Shown in pieces: positions 17,835-26,900 of a stretch of 64,000 nt of DNA. Location: the IMG/VR virus record IMGVR_UViG_3300042868_012782, positions 18,771 to 82,770 of that record. One strand, given 5' to 3'. The stretch comes from a virus. The translations under genes were made by a program, and so were the position numbers. Numbering within the stretch: position 1 is the first letter of the stretch; the number at the start of each line of letters is the position of its first letter. The notes under the pieces were generated by a model, which ran no database searches, was not told the DNA's origin, and saw nothing but the letters and a program-made list of their open reading frames with translations.

Positions 17835-18638
17835 ATGATTAGTGCTCGCATTATTGCCGACAGCATTAGCACCGTCGGCATCCGCATCACCACCATGGTG
17901 GTTCGGTTTCCGCGGTTTATTTTGGCTGAGTTCAACACTCACCGAAAGTTTTCGCGCAACGCTGCTAGTAGTCGAGCCATACCCACAACAAAGATCATTC
18001 GTCAGATCCTAGAAGATCCGGCAATGCCAGTGTTCTGGGGGAAAAATCAATCCGGCATGCAGGCCTGGTCCGAAATGTCTTCTGGCGATCAGGGGGTAGC
18101 CGAAACAATTTGGCTTCAGGCTCGAGATTTAGCCGTCAATAAAGCTAAGGAATTGTTGTCTATAGATTGCCACAAGCAGATCGTCAACAGGATACTGGAG
18201 CCGTGGATTATGACGACTGTCCTCGTGACAGCTACTGAATGGCAGAACTTCTTTCGATTGCGCTGTCATCCTGACGCTCAACCGGAAATGCGAGTTTTGG
18301 CCGAGGCAATAAAAGTAGAATATGATCGAAGTCGCCCGATCGATGTTCCAATAGGAGGCTGGCATATTCCGTTTGGCGATAAGATGCCGGAAGGTGTTTC
18401 TGAAAGTGATCGACTAAAAGTTGCTACTGCCCGTGCCGCCAGGCTGAGCTATGAGTCCTTTGACAATGAGACTTCTGTCAGCAAAGATTTGGAACTACAC
18501 GATCGACTAGCAAGCTCGGGACACTGGTCTCCATTTGAGCATTCCGCTAAGGCGATGTACAATCCGTTCGAGGGATCTGGCAACTTTGATGCCTGGATGC
18601 AATACCGGAAATTTTTTCCGGGGGAGGCAGGGCGATGA
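17835..18638 (+). CDS. thyX: FAD-dependent thymidylate synthase
   Basis: EFNTHRKFSRNAASSRA, NFFRLR.HPDAQPE, GHWSPFEH. Confidence 0.92.
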   Translation: MISARIIADSISTVGIRITTMVVRFPRFILAEFNTHRKFSRNAASSRAIPTTKIIRQILEDPAMPVFWGKNQSGMQAWSEMSSGDQGVAETIWLQARDLAVNKAKELLSIDCHKQIVNRILEPWIMTTVLVTATEWQNFFRLRCHPDAQPEMRVLAEAIKVEYDRSRPIDVPIGGWHIPFGDKMPEGVSESDRLKVATARAARLSYESFDNETSVSKDLELHDRLASSGHWSPFEHSAKAMYNPFEGSGNFDAWMQYRKFFPGEAGR

Positions 18639-19252
18639 AGAGAAAAATTCAGTGGCTGAAGTGGCAGGATCCTTTGCGTTGGCGAGAAAGCAACGACCCT
18701 GAGGAATCTGGAGAACAATCGACGATCGACTCCTTTGAGGGGGAAGGAGAAGAGGAGCATGCTCGTCACGTACGCATGTTGGCAGGCCCCTACGGATTGT
18801 TGCCCATAGGTGAACATGGTCTATCAAGTAAATTGTACAAGTTGTGGGTTGGACATACAAACTTTGATATTACTTCCGCAATTGCAACCAAAATCTCGCA
18901 AGTTGATGGCGTTGAAATTCTCAGGATCTGGACGCGGTATCGTATGTGGGTGGGTATTGCCAACCTCTTCAATACTCAGGATGTTCAACGCTCAATAGAA
19001 AGAGAACTTTGCGAGGAAGTTCAGCGAGCAATTCCTCTGCCTAAGCCTCCACCCGACGTTTCTCAAAAACAAGAAGCGGCAGTTATGCTTCTTGAAAAGA
19101 AACTTATCAGTGACTACTCAGACATGGAGTGGATTATTTACTGCGATACCGATGGAAGCTTAACTTACACGGTTGGTGAAGATCGTCAGAGTTTGATGGA
19201 ACGAATCTGGGAAAAAGGGTTGGAAGCAAATGTCCTCTCCAAGAGTTGGTGA
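18635..19252 (+). CDS. hypothetical protein
   Basis: WVGHTNFDIT...GVEIL...TRYR. Confidence 0.7.
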   Translation: MKRKIQWLKWQDPLRWRESNDPEESGEQSTIDSFEGEGEEEHARHVRMLAGPYGLLPIGEHGLSSKLYKLWVGHTNFDITSAIATKISQVDGVEILRIWTRYRMWVGIANLFNTQDVQRSIERELCEEVQRAIPLPKPPPDVSQKQEAAVMLLEKKLISDYSDMEWIIYCDTDGSLTYTVGEDRQSLMERIWEKGLEANVLSKSW

Positions 19253-19256
19253 TATT

Positions 19257-19778
19257 ATGTCGAGAAAATTCGTTACGAACGAGCAGATCGACGCAGCGTT
19301 AGCTGTTGAAGACAATATGAATATTATTCGGAAGGTGACCGCTAAGTATGCCTCAGTTATTCATTACGATGACCTCAAGACGTGTGGCCTGAACGCTCTT
19401 TGGCGCACGCTTGAATGCCACGACCCAAGCTACAATCAGAAATTTACGACGTCACTTTACAGATTCGTGGAGTGGGAGTGTCAGAGAGAACTTAGACGCA
19501 AAAGAACCAAAGTACTCTCCCTGACTGTCCCGTTAGAGCAAGCGAAACCCCACGAAGTATCTGCTCACGCGATGCCATCCGCCGACGTGGAATTGGTTCG
19601 CGAGGTAATTTCCGCAATGGATGAGCAAGATCGGGAGATTATACATTTTCATTTTCTGGAGGGGCACAGTCTAAGAGATGCCGCTCGCCGTTTTGGGTTT
19701 AGCAAACAGGTTGCACGCAAGAAAAAACAAGAAGCGCTTGAAAAACTGCGCGAACGCCTAATCAATCATGCTGGTTAA
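19257..19778 (+). CDS. second sigma-70-family sigma factor
   Basis: DDLKTCGLNALWR...FTTSLYRFV; DREII..HFLEGHSLRDAARRFG.S...LEKLR. Confidence 0.85.
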   Translation: MSRKFVTNEQIDAALAVEDNMNIIRKVTAKYASVIHYDDLKTCGLNALWRTLECHDPSYNQKFTTSLYRFVEWECQRELRRKRTKVLSLTVPLEQAKPHEVSAHAMPSADVELVREVISAMDEQDREIIHFHFLEGHSLRDAARRFGFSKQVARKKKQEALEKLRERLINHAG

Positions 19779-19812
19779 TATGGTTGGCTATCCACCACAC
19801 TGGAGAATTTTC

Positions 19813-20073
19813 ATGGCAACCAATGCTGATCAAGTTAAGAAGTACATTTCTCTTTTCCTGAGTACGGCCAAGTGGATTCAGGCTATTGTTCCAGGAAATA
19901 ATGACGACAAGGTAATTGAAGCAATCAGCAACATGGTGACACAGCCATGGTTTGTGGATTTCGCTGTTTTTGTTCTTAGCCAGTTTGAAAACGGCAAGAC
20001 TCCAAGTATGGCTGAGTTCGGTTTTGCCATCAGTCAATTTGCACCCGATCAGAACGACGCTCCACAATCCTAA
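19813..20073 (+). CDS. hypothetical protein
   Basis: GGAG RBS. Confidence 0.6.
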   Translation: MATNADQVKKYISLFLSTAKWIQAIVPGNNDDKVIEAISNMVTQPWFVDFAVFVLSQFENGKTPSMAEFGFAISQFAPDQNDAPQS

Positions 20074-20081
20074 GGTGAACC

Positions 20082-20882
20082 ATGATTGGTATGTCTGCTT
20101 TTCTCCTAACTCTCTTTGCGTTTCCTGGACCAGGGGGCGAAGCAGACAAATACGTGGTTCCCAAGCAAGTGATTGTTGGAGCAGAGAGTCCCGTCCCATT
20201 GGGCGAGTTGGTCGACTTGTCTCTTTCTGCGATTGAGCCTAAGCCAGCGAACCTTATACAGCAATCAGTAGCATGGCAAGTCTTTGAAGGCGGACTACCA
20301 AAGCGCGTGCGCTCTACTAACGATGGCATATTCTTCGGTGCTGGTGTTCAGCCCAAGAGAATGTTGGTTATCGCTGCTGTTTCCTATCTCTTCGCTAGTA
20401 AGGATGGCGACAAGATCACTGATGTCCAGGTCAAGAGCGTGCTCCTGACTGCGGATTTGCAAATCGGCCGGCCTGAACCGTTGCCGGGACCAGGGCCTCG
20501 TCCTGTCCCGCCTCCGGATTCCACCCCCACTTTGCCGGAGGGGCGGTTCGGGCTGGCTAAAATTTCATTTGATTTGGCCATGTCGAAGGTCGCAGAGAAT
20601 AGGGCTAGTGGCGCCTCCATCCTCGGTTCGTCTTTCGAGTCTCTTGCGTCTGCCGTGGCGGCAGGTGCTTATAAAACAGTCGAATCAATACTAAAAGCTA
20701 CGAACGAAGCTAATAACTCAGCACTGACGCAAGCCAATCTCAAGATCACTGATTGGGATGCTTTTGGTAATGATCTTCAAAAACTATTGTATGACCTTCA
20801 CAAGAATAAAAAATTAGTAACTACTGAAGATTATTCGGATGCCTGGAAAGAAATTGCTTTAGGACTGAGGGCCGTCAAGTGA
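20082..20882 (+). CDS. secreted or virion two-domain protein with Pro-rich linker
   Basis: Signal-like N-terminus; PEPLPGPGPRPVPPP. Confidence 0.65.
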   Translation: MIGMSAFLLTLFAFPGPGGEADKYVVPKQVIVGAESPVPLGELVDLSLSAIEPKPANLIQQSVAWQVFEGGLPKRVRSTNDGIFFGAGVQPKRMLVIAAVSYLFASKDGDKITDVQVKSVLLTADLQIGRPEPLPGPGPRPVPPPDSTPTLPEGRFGLAKISFDLAMSKVAENRASGASILGSSFESLASAVAAGAYKTVESILKATNEANNSALTQANLKITDWDAFGNDLQKLLYDLHKNKKLVTTEDYSDAWKEIALGLRAVK

Positions 20883-21811
20883 GCGACACCATTATTTCCT
20901 CCTACGTGAATGGGGACGAGTCTGGGTGGTTTGGCGAAGAAGTTGCTGCCGAGCAGTGGCCAGTAATGCAGGAAGCCGCCAACTTCGTTGAATTTGATCT
21001 TTTCGGTGATGTGCAGGCCCCTAAGTACTCAGAAAACTATCGAGTAGCTCAACGCGTTATTGGTCGTAGTATCGGGGGGGCATCTAGCGTGCAACTAATT
21101 GGAGACTGTGTCTCCTGGGGGATGAAGCATGCTGTTGAGTATCTAGCGTGCTGCGACATCCTCATGCGTAAAGATGCAGAAGAATTTCATCATATATTTG
21201 CTCCATACATCTACGGTGTGTCGCGGGTCCAAATCGGTGGGGGGCGACTCTCTGGCGACGGCAGTCTTGGGAGTTGGGCCGCAGCTGGAGTGATGAAGTA
21301 CGGAGTGATTTTTGCGAACAAAAACGAAACTCCAGTATACTCAAAAGAAGTCGCTAAGAAGTGGGGCGCTAATGGACCTCCGTCTAGCTATCTAGCCATA
21401 GGAAAAAACTATCTTGTCCAGTCTGCTGCTAAGGTAAAAAGCTGGGATCAGCTCATCGCAGGTTTGGCCAATGGCTATTCGTGTACAGTCGCATCCAATC
21501 AAGGCTTCACGATGAAGCCCGACAAAGACGGCTTTCATCAAGCAGACGGACAATGGATGCACCAAATGTGTATTTATGATTATTGCTTAGATCCTGATCC
21601 TCATGTTCTTATCGCCAACAGTTGGGGCGATGTTCACGGAACACTTAAGCATTTTGCTACTGGTGAAACACTACCGGCCGGAACCATTAGGGCTAAGAAG
21701 TCCGTCATTGAACGCATGATAGGACAAGGCGACACTTTCCTTGTGTCGCAGTACAATGGCTTCCCCACTCAGGATATTCCTGCCGCCCTATTTAAGCTTG
21801 TCGGCCGTTAA
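20879..21811 (+). CDS. papain-like (C1) cysteine protease
   Basis: QLIGDCVSWG (Q,C), WMHQM (H), IANSWG (N). Confidence 0.85.
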   Translation: MSDTIISSYVNGDESGWFGEEVAAEQWPVMQEAANFVEFDLFGDVQAPKYSENYRVAQRVIGRSIGGASSVQLIGDCVSWGMKHAVEYLACCDILMRKDAEEFHHIFAPYIYGVSRVQIGGGRLSGDGSLGSWAAAGVMKYGVIFANKNETPVYSKEVAKKWGANGPPSSYLAIGKNYLVQSAAKVKSWDQLIAGLANGYSCTVASNQGFTMKPDKDGFHQADGQWMHQMCIYDYCLDPDPHVLIANSWGDVHGTLKHFATGETLPAGTIRAKKSVIERMIGQGDTFLVSQYNGFPTQDIPAALFKLVGR

Positions 21812-21826
21812 CTGCGAGGACGCCTC

Positions 21827-22168
21827 ATGAAACAGGGCGAGTACGACGTGAAGCTGGAGCCAGTATTGGATGGCGCCTACCCCAAGCTTCAAGAATATGT
21901 GGGTGAGCAGCTTGTTGGACTGCCACTCATGACTATCCTGATGATTGTTTCCGTGGGCATGCAGGCCCTCTTTTATCTTTGGCAATGTCGACGCGCCAGA
22001 GTTATTTTGCGACGCATGGCGCTCTGTAATGGCCCAATCAGCCAGACCTACTTGCGTCACAAGGTGTATGTACCCTTGATAAGGGCAGGTATCCCCGAGG
22101 CAGATGCCGAGCGGGCCACCCAGGCTTTGCGAATGGCGTTTGTCGAGGGACACTTTGATGGTGGGTGA
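21827..22168 (+). CDS. membrane protein
   Basis: One TM; GAGG RBS. Confidence 0.6.
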   Translation: MKQGEYDVKLEPVLDGAYPKLQEYVGEQLVGLPLMTILMIVSVGMQALFYLWQCRRARVILRRMALCNGPISQTYLRHKVYVPLIRAGIPEADAERATQALRMAFVEGHFDGG

Positions 22169-23264
22169 GTTCCGACGCTATTCCGGTGCCTCCTCAACTC
22201 TAGGTGAAACCACCAGTGCGACAGCGACACAAATCGTTGTTGCATTTTCTAATTTTCCTGCGCTACCACCGTTTGACATAGTCATCGATTCAGAAATAAT
22301 TTCAGTCATTGGTATTTCATCACAGCCTGTAGGTACAGGCGCACTACTAGGAATGATTCAGCCTCCCGAGACCCTGACTTTTACTGTCTTGCGTGGTAGG
22401 GAGGGAACCACTGCCTCTAAGCACCTAGCCGGTCGTCCGGTCAAATGCGTCATAACATCAGACGGCTTTCTTTCACTCTCAGACGACAAGGGGTATTCCG
22501 GCCTTCGTGTTGTATCTGGTGGTTCGATTTCGGTAGAAATCACCGATGGCGATGGCATTTTCTTGATCGATCCATCTAATGAAAGATGGCGAGAGTTCCC
22601 TGTCCAGGATGACGTGATCCTTCCACTTCTGTCCGATGGAGAGGTGGGTGACGTCTATGCCTACTGGTCAGATGTCACAGATATGGTGGAGTACGAGATA
22701 CAGAATTGGATTTCTCCACAGTCTCCTGCTCAAAGATCCATTAGGGACGGCGTGACAAGTAGAACAAGTAGTCTAACCAGAAGATATGTTGGCTCAGTGC
22801 AAAGACAAGGTGCGCTGTATAGCGCAAGCGTTCTTCGGCTATCGCTGACATCAGCTTCGCTGGTAAGCTTGAAGCACGGAGGGTTTCGTGCCTTGAGATT
22901 GGTTCCCACAGTGTCAACGGTCACCCTTAATGGCCTACAGACAGCACGCGATGGATCAGTGATCGTTTTGCACAATGCTGCGGCGACACAAAAGGTGGTG
23001 CTTAAGCACAACTCCAATGCGGCTTCTGCTGGAGAAAAATTCCTGCTTCCAAAAGGCTTGGATCTGCCCATCGATCCGCTGGATGGAGTCGTGGCGATCT
23101 ACGACGTGGCCAGCCAAGCCTGGAGGACGTTGTCAAACTGCTATATTCGAGAACCGCGTCCAGAAGATCCCGTGCTCCAAGATAACAGTCTAGAGGACGG
23201 CTCCGATAATCTAATGGCATATGCAGACGGGCGATCCGACACAATCTTCTACAAGGGCAATTGA
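22158..23264 (+). CDS. putative tail/virion protein, paralog of the N-terminus of 23959..28068
   Basis: DSEII.V...TVLRGREGTTASKH motif typical of tail-fibre N-termini. Confidence 0.7.
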   Translation: MVGEFRRYSGASSTLGETTSATATQIVVAFSNFPALPPFDIVIDSEIISVIGISSQPVGTGALLGMIQPPETLTFTVLRGREGTTASKHLAGRPVKCVITSDGFLSLSDDKGYSGLRVVSGGSISVEITDGDGIFLIDPSNERWREFPVQDDVILPLLSDGEVGDVYAYWSDVTDMVEYEIQNWISPQSPAQRSIRDGVTSRTSSLTRRYVGSVQRQGALYSASVLRLSLTSASLVSLKHGGFRALRLVPTVSTVTLNGLQTARDGSVIVLHNAAATQKVVLKHNSNAASAGEKFLLPKGLDLPIDPLDGVVAIYDVASQAWRTLSNCYIREPRPEDPVLQDNSLEDGSDNLMAYADGRSDTIFYKGN

Positions 23265-23265
23265 C

Positions 23266-23955
23266 ATGGCTGACAATGTGACAATAGTTGGAACAGTAGT
23301 TGCGGCCGACGAGGTTAGCGACGGGACATTAGGAACTGTCAAGGTTCAATATGTCAAGATTATGGACGGGACTCTTGACGGCACCAATAAGGCTCAGGTG
23401 GGAGCAAGTGGACTGTCTGTTTTAGCGTCTCAAAACGGATCTTGGTCAGTCGCAGTACCGACTCTTGCGGCATCGGCTCCGTCGCTCAAATCTACTGCTC
23501 CTGGCGTTGGAACTTTCGTCTCGGACGGATCGGGATGGCAACCAGCCATCAATCCTGTTGGCGCGGGGGCAACTACTTCGGGTAGTGGTCTGGCTGCCGG
23601 AACAGACTACTTATTTAATGGTGTTTCGTATGAGAGGCAGCGCACACCATCCGTATGGAAAGATGTTGTTGCTTCGGGGGTGCTGGCTACAGTATGGACT
23701 CCCGCCTCAGGCAAGACTATTCGTTTCATGGGCGGGCATATTTCTGCTGCTAGCGGAGTTAGCTTGTTGTTTGAGGATAATACCACCGGAAACTTCATTT
23801 TTAGAACGCCTATTTTAACAGCAAATGTGCCGTTCTCATTTGCCTTAGGTAACGGTATCCCTATGTCGGGAGCTAACCGAACCCTAAAGGCGACCCAGAC
23901 ACCCAACTCGCCGGTCGTCACCTTCACAGGGACCATATACGGCACCGAGGAGTAA
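23266..23955 (+). CDS. putative virion protein
   Basis: G/S/T/V-rich beta composition; lies between tail-type genes. Confidence 0.6.
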   Translation: MADNVTIVGTVVAADEVSDGTLGTVKVQYVKIMDGTLDGTNKAQVGASGLSVLASQNGSWSVAVPTLAASAPSLKSTAPGVGTFVSDGSGWQPAINPVGAGATTSGSGLAAGTDYLFNGVSYERQRTPSVWKDVVASGVLATVWTPASGKTIRFMGGHISAASGVSLLFEDNTTGNFIFRTPILTANVPFSFALGNGIPMSGANRTLKATQTPNSPVVTFTGTIYGTEE

Positions 23956-23958
23956 CAG

Positions 23959-26900
23959 ATGGCTTTTCACCGCTTCGCCAATCAGGCGGTCACCTATCTG
24001 GCCAACACTATCAACAGTTCGGCCACTTCGGTCGTTGTGGTTTCTGCCACTAAATTTCCACAGGTTCCTTTTGAAGTGACTTGTGGTTCAGAAGTTATGC
24101 GTGTCACAGACATCAATTTGGTGACCAATACGCTTACTGTTATTAGGGGTAGGGAAGGGACTACTGCGGCGACGCATGCTTCGGGTGACGCAATTGCACA
24201 CACGCTCACTCGTGATGGACTATTAGATACTCTATCGGGAAACGGAACTAACAATACTGCACTCTCGTTTTCTTCTACAGATCCAGAAGCAGTCGGTGGA
24301 GCAACCGTATATTTGACTCCATTATCCGGTAACAATATTGGACTTTATGATGCTTTAGAGCAACGATGGAGACGTTTTCCTGTTACTATACCTCCGTCTG
24401 TCGACGCCAACGAAGTAGCTGGTTCTTGTGTAGATGTGTTTGCGTCCTGGAACAATTCGACACAGTCCGTCGTTTTGAACAAGGTAGTATTTGATTGTGA
24501 GGACGGCCGATCTGCTGGCTACGATCTTGTTCGAGTAGACGGAGTCGTTGTTTCTGAGTCAGCACTTGCCTGGCGGCATGTGGGCACTTATCAAATGGTG
24601 TCAAGCAATCAAGTGGCCTTAAACTCCAATACTCCAATACTTTCTGGATATCAGAATGCCGAGATACCGCGGTTAGGAAAAAAGATTCTTAGAATCGACC
24701 CACCGATAACTTCTTATGAAATCCATGGCGTCGAACCAGCAGAAGATGGCGCAACAATCTACCTACTTAATGTCTCCAGCTCCGATACAATTTTGATCAA
24801 GCATAACTCTGGTACGGCTGGCGCCAACGCTAAAATTCTGGCGCTTGATGCTGATGATTATCCGATTTATCCGCTCGGAGGCGTTACGCTTGTTTATGAT
24901 GCTTCGTCGGCTGCCTATCGCATGATCGGAGCATGTTGTGCTACGACAACCACAGCTCCAACAACCACCACTACTACAACTACTACGACAACAACCACAA
25001 CTGCTGGTCCAGGAACAACAACTACCGCTGGACCAACAACGACATCGACTCCAACGACGACAACTCCAGATCCCTACTCTGCATCGTGCTTGCCCTCTAC
25101 TACCTACGTTCGAGTATCTACAGATACTAATGGCGTGAGTGGTCCTCACTTTGAGTTTTCTGCGGATAATTCCGCATGGTTCGTCATCAGTTCGGGTAGC
25201 CCTAAGCTGATTGCTAATCGTACCTATACATTCAAGCTAACTAACACCTCGTCTCACCCATTCCGCGTTTTCGACACGGATGGATTCAATCGGTTAGTAA
25301 AAACTACAGTTGGCGGAGCTAGTGGAACAGCAGCAGATGGATTTTGGGGTGGCGACGTCACGATGACGGTCGTACTCCTTGATAAGACGCCATTCTCTTA
25401 TGATTGTGGTCTACACGGTTTTGAGGGTGGCATCGGCGAAAATGCTCTTGTCTACGGTGGAGACTGTTCGATTTGCGCGCAACCTGCAATGTACTTAAGG
25501 TTGAACGAGGATCCTGCAACCTATCCGCCACCTCCCGCCTGGCCGTCCAGCGTGCCAGTGCTTCAATACAACAAATCAAGCGTATATGCTGATGTATTTA
25601 GTGGTAGCTATGCCGACGGCCTTAAAAGTTCTTTTGTCCCCATTCAAACTAACTATTCCTACAGCGTCATTGATGACAATAGAATGGGGCTGACAGGTCA
25701 AATTTCCGGAATCAAGCTCAAGCTGTATGGATTGCGTTCAACGATTGCTTCGGCTGATAATAAGTGCGTCGTATTTTTGGGCTATACTACTGCTGAGTCC
25801 ACGCCGATTACCAAGAGATGCTTGTTGGCTGGAGAGTTAGATGCTTCTGGCACAAATGTCTCTGGTGGAATCGACTATGTAATTGAACCAAATGACTCCC
25901 TCTCTGCCTGGTCCTTTGGGGCGGCTGGTACGTACAAGCCTAATCCCAATAGCAAGCTGTCTACCTCTTATGAGGCAGGTGATTCCTTACCACACGCTCA
26001 ACTTATTGATCTCATCGGACTGAGCGCCAGAGGTACTTTTTTCCTATTGATCAAAGCTAGTAACCAGAGTGGTGCTGGTGTTGTCACTGTTGATAGTTTT
26101 TCCGTTGAGATTCTGACAAGTAATGATGAGACGCGAACATTCTGGGCACGCCCGAATGATCAGATTGGATTCAATCCAACAGATGCCTTTGGTGTGTTGG
26201 CCGATATTCCTCTGGAAAGAAACTATGGGTTGTCTGAGCTTCCAACAGATCTTGCTATCGCAGAGGTCAAGTACGTCCGCTTCCGCTCTGAATACGATGC
26301 CAATTACCACCTGTGGGCTGGTGGTCAAGACACAGGTGGGGTCAAGCTGGAAATATTCCGAAATTGGAACGCTTCCGGCTCTCCCGTCTCCACTTATTTC
26401 AATCTGTACGATTCCTCACGCAAGCGATTACTCTGTTCGTCAGGAGAGTTCATTACCTTTAAGTTCACCAACACCTCGGCGACAGCCAAAACTATCAGTC
26501 TCAAGCTCCAAACTCCAGGCATCAACTATGAAATGAGCGCGGATGGTACTAATTGGCATCTGCCTAACCGTTGGACTTTTGGTGGGGCTGGTACTAGTAC
26601 GCCAGCCTCGTATAAGATTGACTTGCGCCATCTGACCAATCCGCGCTTTGCATTCAAGGTTCGCCCGATTCCAGGTGGTACTTCGGCATTTGTGGAAAGT
26701 ACGGCTTCCACTATCAATAGTTCTATAGGCCCAGGGCCATATTATTATGCCAACCCAAGCAATGTAAACAATAGCTATGTAAAGTTGCTAATGGGCTACA
26801 ATCAACCCATTCAGAAATTTCTTGACACGCGTACCGGCACACTGATCATCAACGAAGATGATTTAGACGACGACCGTCAGTCTCTCGTATATGGTGCCGG

